Source: Octopus sinensis (taxonomy: Eukaryota). From it: 64,000 nt of DNA. The stretch is from the NCBI RefSeq assembly GCF_006345805.1, contig NC_043004.1, forward strand, positions 93,558,001-93,622,000, read 5' to 3'. The notes under the pieces were generated by a model. That model made no database searches. It saw only the letters and a list, made by a program, of their open reading frames with translations, and was not told where the DNA came from. The position numbers and the translations under genes are program-made. Positions 36,254-49,920 of this stretch are shown piece by piece. The stretch's first letter is position 1. The number at the start of each line of letters is the position of its first letter.

Positions 36254-36712
36254 GGGGGTGCTGCAACAAGTGTGTGAATCTGAGATGGGAATAATATTGA
36301 ATAAAATCACAACTGATTCTCCTGTATTTTCTTTTAGCCAAAACCAGGAACTTTGTATTGTTATTGATAGTGCACCTGAGCATTGTATACAATAAGTTCA
36401 TTGTTATCCTCAAGCTTGGAAGGTATGGAGTATTCTGAATCTAGTCAAAAATAACTGACTCTCCATTACTTCCAAGGCAGTTGGTCACTTCAATTAATTA
36501 AGGCAAGAAACATCTGCATGGCCACATGACCTGTTAGAAACAACAGCCAAATCTCCCTTACATCTAAACCCTACCATCCAAAAATAGTAACAACACACCG
36601 GATGTCATTTAAAATGGGAGAAAACACTGTTTAACCTTAGGCTGGCTGAATCAGAACAGGTGTGTAGCTAAACAAAAATAACCAAGTAAACTGTATTAGT
36701 GCCATGAAATAC

Positions 36713-36860
36713 CTGAGTTACTGAAGCTTGTTTGGCGGCGCCTTAGCATCATTTCTGTCCTGGCATTTGAATGGCCGAGAATTGCTTCTTCAAGACGCGT
36801 CTTCATGTCAACACTTCGTCGGAATGTCTGCTGGGAATACTGACTCATTGCTTTCTTACC
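36713..36860 (-). CDS. DOCK7: DOCK7-like exon 1 of 17 visible (GKKAMSQYSQQTFRRSVDMKTRLEEAILGHSNARTEMMLRRRQTSFSNS-G)
   Basis: Acceptor gatgtcag|GGT, donor CAG|gtattt, 148 nt, phase 0 to 1; aligns with the DOCK7 segment GKK...KLEEAILG. Confidence 0.9.
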
Positions 36861-37889
36861 CTGACATCAAGAGAAGACAATAGACAAATATTATTACAAC
36901 CATTAACTGTCAAACATCCATGGTTGTTTTTTTTTGTATTGTATTTTTTTTTTTGTTTAATTATGACATTTAAGGTTTTCAAGTGGATTTCACTGAAATT
37001 TTATACATGGAAGAAAAACTGAAATATTGAATAACAAGAAAAACTGAAATAAGAAAGTTTTGACTAAACTATAACCCATACATATATTGTTTGAGAGAAA
37101 TATATAACCTACGAATGAATTATGACAAAATGGTTTTAATAACAATAATAATTATATTACTCATAGAAACACAGATATAAATTAAAGTAATCTTTATGTA
37201 TGTGTGTGACTGTTTATATCTATGTGTGTGTGTACATCAAGACACACACAGTTCTGTATATGAATATGTATGTAAGAGTATAGATATTATTTTTAGTTTG
37301 TGGATAACTAAAAAAATAGAAGTGAGTTCATCCCATTAGCAAATATTCATAAAAACAACAAAGAAATATTTAACTGTAAACTATGTGTATTTTATATGTG
37401 TATATATATATACATATATATCTATATGCATATATAGAAGCACACACGCACACACACACACCATATAGTATTAGTAAGTTTGATGTAAGTAAAACAAAAC
37501 AGCCACAAAAAAACATAAAAATAAAAATGCAGTGCCCCAGTATGGTCACAGCTCATTGTCTGGAACCAGTAAAAGAGTAAAGGAACTAAGAAACTGGAAT
37601 GCATCATGTTATGCTGATTACTTTGAAGAGCTCAGATAAAAGCATTAGGTAAAGAAAAATATAACGAAGCAGTATGGATTCTAAGTGATAATATGATATC
37701 AGTTATCGTACGCAAGTGCAGATTTGTAAAGGTAGGAATGGGTTTTATAAAGGAAACATGGTTTGCACTCAATATAATAACTACCAGAGAAAGGTAAAGT
37801 TGATATGTGGAGGGATCAAACATACAATAATAGAAGGTTGGATCAAAATACAGTCAGGCAAATTAGTTTAGAGCACTATTGTATTCCAT

Positions 37890-38925
37890 AATAATACTTT
37901 CTACTAATGGCACATCGATTACATCAACCCCAGTGTTTCACTGGTACTTACTTTATCAACCCCGAAAGGATGAAAGGCAAAGTTGACCTAGGTGGAATTT
38001 TAACTCAGAACATATGGACAGATAAAATGCTGCCAAGCATTTCGCCCAGCATGCTAATGATTCTGCTAGCTCACTGCCTTATTGTATATCACTGCCTTAT
38101 TGTATATCACTTATTTATATATCACTGCCTTATGATATCATAAACTGGTGCAGGGTCACATATTGTAGGAGGTAGGGGTAACACAGTCAATATAATCAAT
38201 CAAAATACATGCTTAGTACTTAAGGATGGAGGCAAAGTTGAGCAGGGTTGAAATATAACACTAGATAGAACTAAAAATAAGAAACCTTTTCATCAGGTAC
38301 CCTACCATCTACACCATTCTCTATCTTGCTTTCATAATGATAGTAATTTTTTTTAGATTAGATTAGCCAGCAATTTGTTGTATGTATATGTTGGGGTAAG
38401 TTGATTTAATCAACTGTAGTACTTGGCTGGTAATTTATTTAATTAGCCATAAAAAAGGATCAAAAGCAAAGTTGCCCTCACAGGAATTTGAACTCGGAAC
38501 ATAAGGAGCTGAGACAAATACTGCAAGGCATTTTGTTTGCTGCTCTAATAATTGTGACAATCTACAACTCTTGATAATTTCTGACATAAGGTCAAACCAA
38601 AAAATTTGGGCAGAGGAGAACAATTGATCTCAGTACTTGTGTGGTATTTATTTTCATCAGCTTTGGGAGGATGAAAGGTAAAGTTGACATCAGTAAGACT
38701 TGAACACAGGATGTTAACAGCTAGAATAGATACTGCAAAGCATTTTATCTGATACTGTAACAGTTCTGCTAATATTACAAATAAGGATTTAGGACCAAGG
38801 CCTTGGATTTTAGAGCCAAAAATAGAACTACATTGGCCTCAGAAGGCAGAATGGTATAGTTTAGCTTCAGTAGGGATTTGAATCAGGATGTAGCTAAATA
38901 CTAATGATGATTCTGCCTTACATGG
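37890..38925 (-). mobile_element. Cluster of four same-orientation SINE family C copies of differing age
   Basis: AAAG..GAC...GGA.TTGAA core seen at about 37975, 38465, 38680 and 38870. Confidence 0.65.
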
Positions 38926-39899
38926 GATTGTGTTTGCCAACCAATAATAAAAATAAAAAGTGGTTTCTTAAACAGGCAAGAAAACCTGGGACTTTTATGA
39001 AAGAGGAAAAATGTTGTAGCACTCATGTGTTATCCAAAGTCATTAATCAGGTAAATGATCCAGTTGGAATATTTGAAATCAGGCCAATAATATTAATTGG
39101 CTTTCAATTAAAACATAATTCCCTAAATTAATTGAGAGAAAGAGAAACAAAATGTGTGATAAAATAATGCCCCATAATTATAAAATGCAACAAAGTGTCT
39201 ATATGAAAAAGCAAAAAAATACTTGTCTGGAAAGATCTTAGAAAAATCATGTATCCAGTTTCGAGTTGGAAGATTAAGAATTCTGAAAGCATGTTTCAAA
39301 TGGTTGGCACTGGAATAATCCCAAACAAGAGGGAAAATGCATGCCAAAAACAGTGAATGTCGACGAATCCTTTTATATATTTATTTTATGTTGTAACTGG
39401 TGAACATTAATATTATTGCTTACAGGTTCTCAGCAGGTCAATCCTTGATTTGTGTTTGCTCTGCTAGCAAGAATAACAAGGAACTGTCTGTGTAAATTGA
39501 TGCAGACTTAGTTCAAAAGCACTAGTCTGTCAGTTTTTCTTGCTAATGACCACATTTTTTGTCAATATACACCAACAAAAGATATGCAGACACACACAAC
39601 TAGCTTCTACAAAGTTACTGTCTATCAAATTCAATGTGTGAAGAGGCATTGGTCAACCTGATGTTACATTAGAGAACAATTGCCCAAAATGCACAGGTAA
39701 CCTGTATATCAAGAACATCTGATACACACATATCTCTTCCTCTCTTTATCCCACTCCAAGCCTTTGCACAAATCATTTTCTTCTAATCCTCCAGCTACAA
39801 AATATCAATCTACAAGGATTTTCTCCCCACTCATGATTTTCTTGGCAACAATGTCTTGCAAACAACTTGCACATGCAAGTGCTACCAGTCAAAAGCTCC

Positions 39900-40400
39900 G
39901 TATACCGGAAGCCAGCAAGTGTATAGGGTCATCAGGAGAGAATGCGTGCCATTTCGGGGCCTACCTCTCGATGGCATCAATGCGCACCGGGCCCCCCCTC
40001 ACTGATATGAGGCCCCGCTTGCTAGATCAGTTGGTTATAAAGTTAAACTCAATATCCTTCTAGCTATTGCTCATCGTCTCTTTTAACCAAATCCAGTGGC
40101 TAGCCTTCTCCACTGTAGATTGGATATCAGTCATGGTGGTATTGACTTTACGATGTTTAAGCTGAGTATCATCTCTCTTGCTCTCACCAATTTTGAAGGG
40201 CATGAAGAAGCCAGATATTGCCCCTTCTGCAGAAGTTATATATAAAAACCTCCATGCAATTCCTTTGATTTTTACAATCTTTGTCACCATGTGTCGAATC
40301 TTTGCTACTGTAAGTAGCAAGTGAGTAAACCAGTTTGTAATGTCCTGCATCAAGCTGTTTGTGAAGTTATTCCAACTTTCAAGATGCTGTGGTTGGGAGA
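39900..40400 (-). mobile_element. HERO-like (R2-group, restriction-like endonuclease) non-LTR retrotransposon C-terminal remnant plus 3' UTR
   Basis: ...RKVNTTMTDIQSTVEKASHWIWLK resembles the AEKASRWLWL.R terminus of HERO/NeSL ORFs (recall); locally GC-rich with CpG. Confidence 0.55.
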
Positions 40401-41118
40401 TAATTACATTTGGTAGGTTAACAACATTAGTCTCTCACAGGTTTTTACCTGTGGTAAGATTAAGATTCATCAGTAAATACAGTTATTGCTCCATCCTTAT
40501 CCATGTAAATAAAACAATAGAATTTCTGTTAAGAGATTGTCAATCTAATTACAAATGTAGAGGTGATGGTAAAGGTGGTTAGTTACGTACCCATTAGCTT
40601 ATAAGGACATTGAATGAAGTCCAGGTATTCACACAGAGAATTCAGTGAGAAATAATACTGGAATGGTTTCCCATTATTCTCTCCAGGTCCACAAGAGTAC
40701 TTAGTACAATTTTACAACAATGAACTATATTACTCTGTAGTATTTACTTCAGGCTAGGTAATGTCAGCAAGTAATCTTAGCCATGGACACAAAGTAGTAC
40801 TGCTAACAGAAAATGTACTCCATAGAACTCTTGGATAGTTTAAAAAAAAAAACAACCTATAAATGACTTTGGGAAGTAGAGGTAGCACCACGTTCTTTGT
40901 AGGTTATCATAGATTGATAGAATTGATGTAGCTAATGCCTATAAGCATCTGCAGGTCTCTGTCCTCAGGAAACAACACTCAGGTAAGGAGAGAATTGAGT
41001 GAGGCTTTAGTTTGAATTCTTGCAGCTGAGTGAACTTTGCTAAAAGCACACAAAGATCATGTGGAAGTGCTAAAGTGGGCAAATAATTGAAACCGGTAAA
41101 AGAAAAAAAAAAACTTAC

Positions 41119-41157
41119 AAGCTTGATCGCCCAGCCGTTCAATATTTTATCCTTGCC
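41119..41157 (-). CDS. Candidate 13-codon microexon (GKDKILNGWAIKL)
   Basis: Strong donor CTT|gtaagt, pyrimidine tract with a rare GAG acceptor, 39 nt, phase 0-0. Confidence 0.28.
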
Positions 41158-42273
41158 CTCAAGCAATCAAAAGAAAACATCGTTATGCTAATTTCTCACC
41201 TGATATTTATGCACAAAAAAAGATTATTTATTTACAGTTGCTATGGAGATATAATTTAGATTTCTTTGATATAAAAAAAAAAGAAGAAAATCATGGAAAA
41301 ACATAATGCAAAATTTTCCGAGCCATGTGATGCAGAAATGAAGAAGTTGAAGTGTGCATTTTGTTAAAAGAAATCACACAGTTAAGAGTTAGGGTAGGAG
41401 TAATTAATTCTTGTTAATAAAGACCATATTGTTAAGAGTAAAGCACACACAACAAACCAGAATGTAATTTCTCACTGTTGTAGCAGATGTGAGAGTATGT
41501 ATGAAGAGAACAATACATTAGGGTATCATGTGCATTGCTACATATAAAAAAAGGTATGGATCTAGATAAGGGATAAGTAACAAAACTATTTTCTTAGATA
41601 TCAAATATGGAAAAGCAATTCTGTTCAAAGAGGCAATGTTGACAGTTGTTCACTTAGAGCACTTAGAGACAATACTTCTGTTATATGATCCTTGCAAGCA
41701 CTTAAACAGTTAAAATGCTCACGACACAATTTCATGAAGCAAATTATCATAGGGTCATTCTCAGCATTCAGTAAAAACGCTAAAATTTATCAAAAATGCA
41801 TTTTCTTTAAAATCTAAAGAATCATCTTCTAACCTGGCTCCGCTACCAAATTTATTAAAACTTAAAATAAACAGCAGGGAAAAAAATGTCAGGCAAAAAA
41901 TAGATCACTATGGGAAAGAACATATACAGACTCACAGAGATTATTCTAATTAAACAGGTGGTGGGCATCTAGAAAAGATATCTTGTAATACCACTGACCA
42001 TTATGACTGCAATCTGAACTAATAAGGGAATAACTATTGTTTCACTCAACCTGCTCGCTTTAACAGTTAAATTACCCTTAAATACTCTCTACAATCTTCA
42101 AAATAGGGCCCACATGTAACAACCTTAAAATCCAGTCCAGAATATGCCCCAAACATAAAAGAAAAGGGCTTCAGCAAGAATGCCAATCAAAGGATGTGAA
42201 CCTGTTTATTAATTAGCAATCAATGGTATTACAAGATTGCACCACACATCACAACAATATTTCAGTGTATATT

Positions 42274-42610
42274 ACACCATCCGATCGTGGCCGTTGCCAG
42301 CCTTGCCTGGCCCCTGTGCCGGTGGCACGTAAAAAGCACCATCCGACCGTGGCCGTTGCCAGCCTCACCTGGCCCCTGTGCCGGTGGTACGTAAAAAGCA
42401 CCATCCGACCGTGGCCGTTTGCCAGCCCCGTCTGGCACGTAAAAAGCACCCACTACACTCACTGAGTGGTTGACGTTAGGAAGGGCATCCAGCCGTAGAA
42501 ACATTGCCAGATCAAACTGGGCCTGGTGCAGCCTTCTGGCTTCCCAGACCCCAGTTGAACCGTCCAACCCGTGCTAGCATGGAAAGCGGACGCTAAATGA
42601 TGATGATGAT
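42274..42610 (+). mobile_element. Family B RTE 3' UTR copy
   Basis: Shared core and tail. Confidence 0.85.
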
Positions 42611-42789
42611 AACAGGAATAGTGATAATACCTAGAAATCATTGGGTAATAGCAGCATAACTGATAAGTAGTTACTCTTCATGGAGTGTATCTAGAACAAG
42701 GCAAGTAGACAAAGTTCATTGCAAGTTCTACCCATTGGAAGAATTAAACTCTGTATTTCAAGCTGTGACACACATGAACTTTTTCAAGA

Positions 42790-43060
42790 TGACTTCTGAG
42801 AGGTTGCTTGGCCTATTATACTTCTATTTAAAGTTTCTTCAACTCAGTATTATCTATCTGCATACTTCTTGGTTTCCCCCTTTCCTTTTGCTTTCTATTA
42901 AAAATTTCTATAAATTATTTTATCTAAGTGTCCAAAACATTTTAGTTTTTTTTTTCTCTTTGATGGTGTCCAATAAAACAGGCTTAGTTTTTGCCATTGT
43001 TAGTACTTCATCATTTGTTGTCTTCTGGATACTCTTCAAAAATTAAAATCTGAACTGTGA
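42790..43060 (-). mobile_element. Degraded RTE/L2-like ORF2 C-terminal remnant
   Basis: TNDEVLTMAKTKPVLLDTIKEKK..LKCFGH resembles the TNEEVL...LL.TI..RKL..FGH motif. Confidence 0.5.
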
Positions 43061-44149
43061 GAGAATAGAGTCAAAGTCTGGGGTAATTTCCAAAATTTAC
43101 ATCCTAATATCCTTTCCCCTGGGAATGCAATGCATAAATCAACATCTTATGAACTTTAAGGTACCAGCTCATAGCATAAACTTCATCACATAACAATGTT
43201 ATTCAACATACACTGTTGAATCCTATATGAATGAATGTTTATCTAATACTTCTGAATCTTATAATTATGTACAAGCAGATTTACTAAACTGAAATTGTGT
43301 TATTAACAGCATGATGTGACAATCATTACCCCAGCTTGCCAGTATGACCAGGTCAGGATAACTGAGGTCAGCTGGATATCCAGCCGTGAAATCTGCTGAT
43401 GAAGACCTTCAGAGGAAAGCCCAGAAGCAAGAGAAATGAAAGACATCAAAAACCACTGGATATTCATTTCCACTGGGCAGGTGTCATTATACAACTATTG
43501 CAACAATATAAAGAAATTAGCTGATAACAGACTGATATGCAGACATGTCACCGGTGCCTGTGTATCATCACAATACACATATTTTGATGTCCTTACCTAA
43601 TTAATTGATATCTAAAATAAGTACAATGACATATTTGGAGAATAGGAATAGTTAATTCTTATAGTTAATTAAAGCTTCATTACCAGATTGGTACTAGGGA
43701 TAAAAGATAGAGTGGATCTCAACAGGATTTTAATGCAGAGCATAGATGGAAGACATAACAATCACAAGGTATTTTGTATGATGCTCTACTGATTCTGCTA
43801 ATCTACTGTACAGACTATGGAATTAACAGTGACCAATGGAAGTAAGAAGGAAATAGAGGGATTATAGATAAATCAAACCTAATTCTCACAAATGCTTTAA
43901 AATATAGAAAACAGCATGTAGCATTTTTAAGAGCGGTTAGTAAAATTTTCTTGTAGCTGTTAAATTTTTTTTTTAAACAAAGCCAAAAATAAATAAAAAT
44001 CAAAATTTCAAAGTAAAAAAACCAGAGAAACCAATCCAAATACCAAGCGAACCAACCCAACACAGGCAATGCTCAAGGCACAAATTCTTTTTGGAAAAAG
44101 AAAAAAAAAAGAAAATCTGCGCGTGCTAAACAAAATTTGATGACTTTAC

Positions 44150-44221
44150 CAAGAGCACATTCAAAGATGCCGCAGATGTTGGTCTTGGCGGGCGGAATGG
44201 TAAGATGTTGTCAAGGGTTAT
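44150..44221 (-). CDS. Candidate 24-codon cassette exon (ITLDNILPFRPPRPTSAASLNVLL)
   Basis: T-rich tract then actatag|, donor TTG|gtaaag, 72 nt, phase 0-0, CpG-containing in an AT-rich intron. Confidence 0.4.
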
Positions 44222-44994
44222 CTATAGTTTAGACCCAACATGAGAGTAAAAAACAAAAAAAAAAAAAAAGATGAAATAATGGTAAAAATTGAAGAAAATA
44301 TAAGCCAAAATTTTTTAAATAATTTCAGAAAAAATGTCCAAATAACCCATAATATTCTGTGTACAAGGGACAAAGTATACGTGAATAAACATAATGCAAA
44401 TCTACTAGAGGAGGGTACAATGCTGCAAAACCAATTTAAACATTGTCACTTGTTTGGGACTAAGTAAAATGAAACTGGTGAATTGTCATGCAGACAAATT
44501 CTTTAAAATAAAATTCTACATACCTTGTTCTGACTATGGTAGAAATAAAGACAAATCAAATATTGAGGAAAGATTAGGTTTATGCCTACAGCTAATAAAC
44601 TAGAGTTGTTAGTAGATAATTAGCTAATATGTATGAATGGATGAAAATGTGTGTGTATGTGTGTGTGAGAGAGAGAGATTGGGATTTCATGATATGAAGG
44701 ATGTGCTATGTTGTTTCGTGAGGAATTGGAGGAAACAAGGAAATTTGATCTTATATATATATATTTTTTTTAGAAGAATTTAATTAAATGTCTATGAAAG
44801 AGAGAGGGATGGAGGGAATGAAAAGCCTGAATTAGAAGGAAATACATGAGTTTGATACAGAGGTAAGAAATTTCTATATGAAGAATGTGGTTCAGTTATG
44901 GTTTTATATCAAAATGGAATAACTACAAGGAAAAGACAAATGAAAATTGGCTTTGTTTGCAAAGGAAGACAATTTTAAATACTTCTAAACATAT

Positions 44995-45390
44995 AGGTGC
45001 AGGAGTGGCTGTGTGGTAAGTAGCTTGCTTACCGACCACATGGTTCCGGGTTCAGTTCCACTGTGTGGCACTTTGGGCAAGTGTCTTCTACTATAGCCTC
45101 GGGCTGACCAAAGCCTTGTGAGTGGATTTGGTAGACGGAAACTGAAAGAAGCCGGTTGTATATATGTATATGTATATATATATGTGTGTGTGTTTGTGTG
45201 TGTCTGTGTTTGTCCCCACCCAACATCGCTTGACAACGCTTGACAATGGGGGTGTGTTTACGTCCCCGTAACTTAGCGGTTCGGCAAAAGAGACCGATAG
45301 AATAAGTCCTGGGGGTCGATTTGTTCGACTAAAGGCGGTGCTCCAGCATGGCCACAGTCACATGACTGAAACAAGTAAAAGAGTAAAGAG
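44995..45390 (+). mobile_element. SINE family A copy
   Basis: Near full length; 10-bp internal duplication CGCTTGACAA. Confidence 0.87.
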
Positions 45391-45834
45391 TATATATCAA
45401 ATGCCCAAATTTTGATGTGAAAATAATGACAAGATTTTATACGATTTTTTTTTATTTGACTATGTGGAAGAAAAAGAAATTTTAGATGTGAGGCATAGTT
45501 GAGTCAACTCCAGTATATAACTAGTATTCATCGGTCATAAATGAATTAATGCAGAATCAGTTCCCGATGTGATTTAAAATCAGAATGCAAGTAAACAAAA
45601 TTAGCTATATCATGCATTTAGTTTGGTACTCTGCTTCATAGTCTATCGTTTATATTGGACATGTAAATATATTGTAAAAACTCAAACTAAGCAATTAATT
45701 TGAAATATCTTTTTAGATAAAGTATTTAATAAAAATACCTTTATTAACTGACAGGTTTCTGTCACTGAAATGTGATCATACCTTCAAATAGTTAGGTTGA
45801 CCTCAATATATATATTTCAGTTAGGTAATTATTT

Positions 45835-46005
45835 TTATCAATTTTATCTTTTATTTTATTATTTTATATTATTTTATTATTATATTATATTATTTTATTA
45901 TAATTATATTATATTATATTATTATATTATTTTATTATTATTTTATTATATTATATTATTTTATTATTATTATTATTTTATTATCTTTAATTTATATTTT
46001 ATTTT
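45835..46005. repeat. (TATTA/TATTT)n AT-only low-complexity tract
   Basis: Almost no G or C over ~170 bp. Confidence 0.9.
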
Positions 46006-47095
46006 TATCTGTTTATTGAAGGCTAAGCTATTTATTTGAACATAAAAGGATGCAACTCAACACACCAGCAAACATACCTAGATTTTACTCCCACACTAAT
46101 TTTGTACTATTGAGTGTATTCCAAATACACTAGTGTATTTGAAATAAGGTAATGTTAAACTGTCATCTGTCATACATCAGAAAGGAGACTTATTGGAAAT
46201 TCTAAATGAAAAGTTTGAGCATGTTTCAGCAAGGGAAAATTAACCAAACATTTCTATCTGAAATTGGGATAGGACAGTGGATAAAGTAAAGCATCACTGA
46301 AAGGCAGAGTTTGCTTTTGATCCACTTTTAAATGTCTGTGCCTTATCAAACACTGCACATGGAATACAAGTGGCCTCTTCTTTATCTTTGGTTTCTAAAT
46401 TTCTTTTGAAAGCCTATATGGTACAGTCCACCATACAACAAATATGTAAAAAAAAAAAAAAACACAAAAAAAAACAAAACCAAAAAAACCCACTAATTCA
46501 AAACAAATCCATTGTTATTTTAATGATCATCATTACTTATTCTACGGATGAGATGGCTTTTGAAATTTCAAGTATTAGTATGTTGTTAGATCTAGCATAT
46601 TACAGCACAATGTCTTTAGTGCTAACAACTTAACCATAGAATGGAAATGCAATCTGTTGCCAGTAATCAAAATGATGTACCCTTTCCAGGAACTCAATAC
46701 ATTTGCTAAAGTAATACTAAGATGTGAAATTATAACTGCATTAATTATTATAATTGATTATTATAATGTTATTATCTTAACTTCTACTTTACATCAACTT
46801 TATTGTTTGGGATAGTTTCCATTCCAAAATGTTTGTATATATATGTGTTGTTAATATTTTCATAGATATTATGTATTTTGTGGGAATTAGGGTGGGGGAA
46901 TAATATAAAGAAAATAGCCATTAATAAATTTTATCAATTGACTAATTTATATCAGTATCATTAAGATAATGTGATATTACTGACAATAACAATATCCTGG
47001 AGAAGTATTAGATTTTGCTAAAAGATTTCTTAGATATTTAAGATATTTAGATTTTAAAAAATGTCTTTGAATAATGCATTCCAGTGTTGCAAAAG

Positions 47096-47130
<35 letters not shown>

Positions 47131-47660
47131 ACAACTATAACTTTTGTTCTACACAAACTACTACTGTGTAGATGATGATAAACAGAAGCAGATAATGAAG
47201 GACTAAATGATTTTACATAAAAACAATAAATAAAGATGTTATTTGCATAAACGTAATGGAGAGAGAAATTATTTGCATAACCGAATGATCACATTAAATC
47301 ATTTTTTAAAACAAAAGAACAAAATTAAAACAATGCTATATACATAAATAATTAAGTTACACTTAAACACAAAATAAACAAAATTAATATTTTTTAGATT
47401 CTGAACAAAATTATACAAGATTATCATTAATTTTAAAATTTAATATTTTTCTAAGTATAACAATTAAATATTTTAAGATTAATATAAAAAAAAAAAACTA
47501 AAATTATAACAATAAAAAATAAAGCATTAAACAAATTATAACTGTGTAATATTTTAAAAAATACAATTAAAAACTCAATGCACCTATATATTTTAACAAA
47601 AATAGTAATTAAAATTTGAAAAATTTGTAATTTTTAGTAGGTAAGAAAAATGTAGACATA

Positions 47661-47692
<32 letters not shown>

Positions 47693-47754
47693 TGTGTGTA
47701 TTACATATGCACACACACTTCTTACATTGGAGGTTTCCAGTCACCAGTGGTTAA

Positions 47755-47965
47755 TTTAATATTCTAATTTTGGTACGAGGCCAGCAATTTTGATGGTAGG
47801 AAAGCAAATTAGTTATCTCAACCTCAATACTTGACTGGTATTCTAATTCATCAACCGGGACAGGATAAAAGACCCTGATGACTTTGGTGAGAGCTGAACA
47901 TAAAGAACTGGAAGAAATGCCACAAAACATTTCGACTGATACACTGACAATTCTGCCAGTCCGTC
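47755..47965 (-). mobile_element. SINE family C copy
   Basis: Diverged family match. Confidence 0.65.
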
Positions 47966-49513
47966 AATTTAATATTAATAAACAGCTCGGTCAATTTCAA
48001 TATTTCCATACTGGAGGAGCAGAGGATTTTATTTATATTTGACATGTTAACAATTTAACTGAGAGCTAGAGACTATACTCCAATCTATTCTCCTATACAT
48101 TAGTCTGATATCAAGATTTGATATTGACTTTATGGGTCTCCTACTAGTACTAGGCATGTCTAGTACCAGATGGTTTGGTACTTTATGAGCCACTATTTCA
48201 GTTATTAGTTTACTCTACAAGCAAATAAATGAGTTGCAAGATTTTTTTTACATTGAGCTTCAGGCCTAAACTTAGATATGGACACCCAAATGTTTTACTA
48301 GAAATAATGACACGTAGCCACTGGACTACTATTTACTTTGCTGTAGTACCTAGTAGTTATGGTAAATAAGTCAAGTAATGAGCTGTTTTTCTGCAAAATG
48401 CACACCAGCCAGAGCAGACAGCAGATTCATTTCAAATGCAGTTTACCTCATTAATCAATACATTCAATAAACCACAAAAGACCTTTGGTAAATAGAAACC
48501 TCCAAAGTAAACATTTATAACAGGATATTTTTCTTTGGTTCTTAAATCATAAATATACATTGTTGTTTTTTTTTTTCAAAGATATTAACAAATGAATAAA
48601 GAGGAAACAGAATAGCACATCAAATAAGATTAGTTGAAACCACTAATATAGGTTAGAATAAACCACTAATATGGTAAGCAAATGACAGCAGGAAAGGAAA
48701 ATTAAGGAAGATGGTATGTAGTCAAGGACAAAGGATTAGTACATCTGTAAATTATTTTAAAAATTCGTTATAATTGATAGAAGTTTCCCTTAAACTGTCA
48801 ATGTCATTGAGAGTATAAGAACTCTTGGTCTTGAAATTTGAACTTGAGAGTCCCAAATTGCAAGAACTGATTGAGTGAATTTCAGTTTTTGAGTTGTGTG
48901 GATCTCAAAAACTAAAGAAATTCAAATCAGAAGAAATTAAAGAAATTCAGATCTTAAGAAGTGAAGATAAAAATTCAAAGCATAATTTGAAGATTACAAA
49001 GAAAAAAGTTTAAAATAAAAAAAATAAAAGCTCATAATTAGAGTTACATTAGAATACAGTTGTTGATATTGTTGTTAGTCAGCAACTTAACTTCAATTCC
49101 CTTGTAAGATTATTGGACTTCACTGAAAATGTCATGACATTTATGCCAATCCTTAGTGACCAAGCAATTTTTCATTGATCAATATAATTTTATTACTAAT
49201 TAGTCAAATTACAATCCCATAAAAAAAAAAGAAATAATGAGCTTAGAATAATAATTACAACACATCAATTTGTAAAATAAACATAAATTATCAGTGCTGC
49301 AATAAATTAATTCTTAAAGTTAATAAAATATAAGACAAATACACATATATTAATATAATATATATTTGCAATAAGTTATAGTTTGGTTTTCTTCTTTAAA
49401 TATTCATATTTATAAGTAAAGAAAATCCTGTAATGAGAATTTATAACAAAATATCCTTGTAAATAGATATTCTTTTTAATGCTTGAGTAGATTTTTAAAC
49501 TTTATCAATAACC

Positions 49514-49920
49514 CGCAGGAGTGGCTGTGTGGTAAGTAGCTTGCTAACCAACTACATGGTTCCAGGTTCAGTCCCACTGCGTGGCATCTTGGGCAAGTGT
49601 CTTCTGCTATAGCCCCGGGCCGACCAATGCCTTGTGAGTGGATTTGGTAGACGGAAACTGAAAGAAGCCTGTCGTATATATGTATATGTATGTATGTGTA
49701 TGTGTTTGTGTGTCTGTGTTTGTACCCCTAGCATTGCTTGACAACCGATGCTGGTGGGTTTACGTCCCCGTCACTTAGCGGTTCGGCAAAAGAGACCAAT
49801 AGAATAAGTACTGGGCTTACAAAAGAATAAGTCCCGGGGTCGATTTGCTCGACTAAAGGTGGTGCTCCAGCATGGCCGCAGTCAAATGACTGAAAGAAGT
49901 AAAAGAGTAAAAGAGAGAGT
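49514..49920 (+). mobile_element. SINE family A copy
   Basis: Full-length match to the family. Confidence 0.87.

Larger units (their letters stand above)
2727..36860 (-). other. DOCK7: DOCK-C family guanine nucleotide exchange factor gene (DOCK7-like), 3' part, 17 coding exons, 743 codons; 5' part lies beyond the window
   Basis: Spliced exons translate without a break. Motifs match vertebrate DOCK7 as recalled: [104 protein letters not shown]. The DOCK6/7/8 paralogue name is by similarity only. Confidence 0.93.

Noticed and set aside
39220-39310. Exon-like segment (ANHLKHAFRIL...)
   Set aside because: Phase 2-2 does not fit the phase-0 acceptor at 36860, and the donor is weak.
39930-39965. 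GAAA...CTGATGA order suggestive of a type II hammerhead in the HERO 3' UTR
   Set aside because: Stem II cannot form (CCCT versus CCCC).
43878-43955. Exon-like segment (YKKILLTALKN...)
   Set aside because: Phase 2-2 only, AT-rich composition and no homology.
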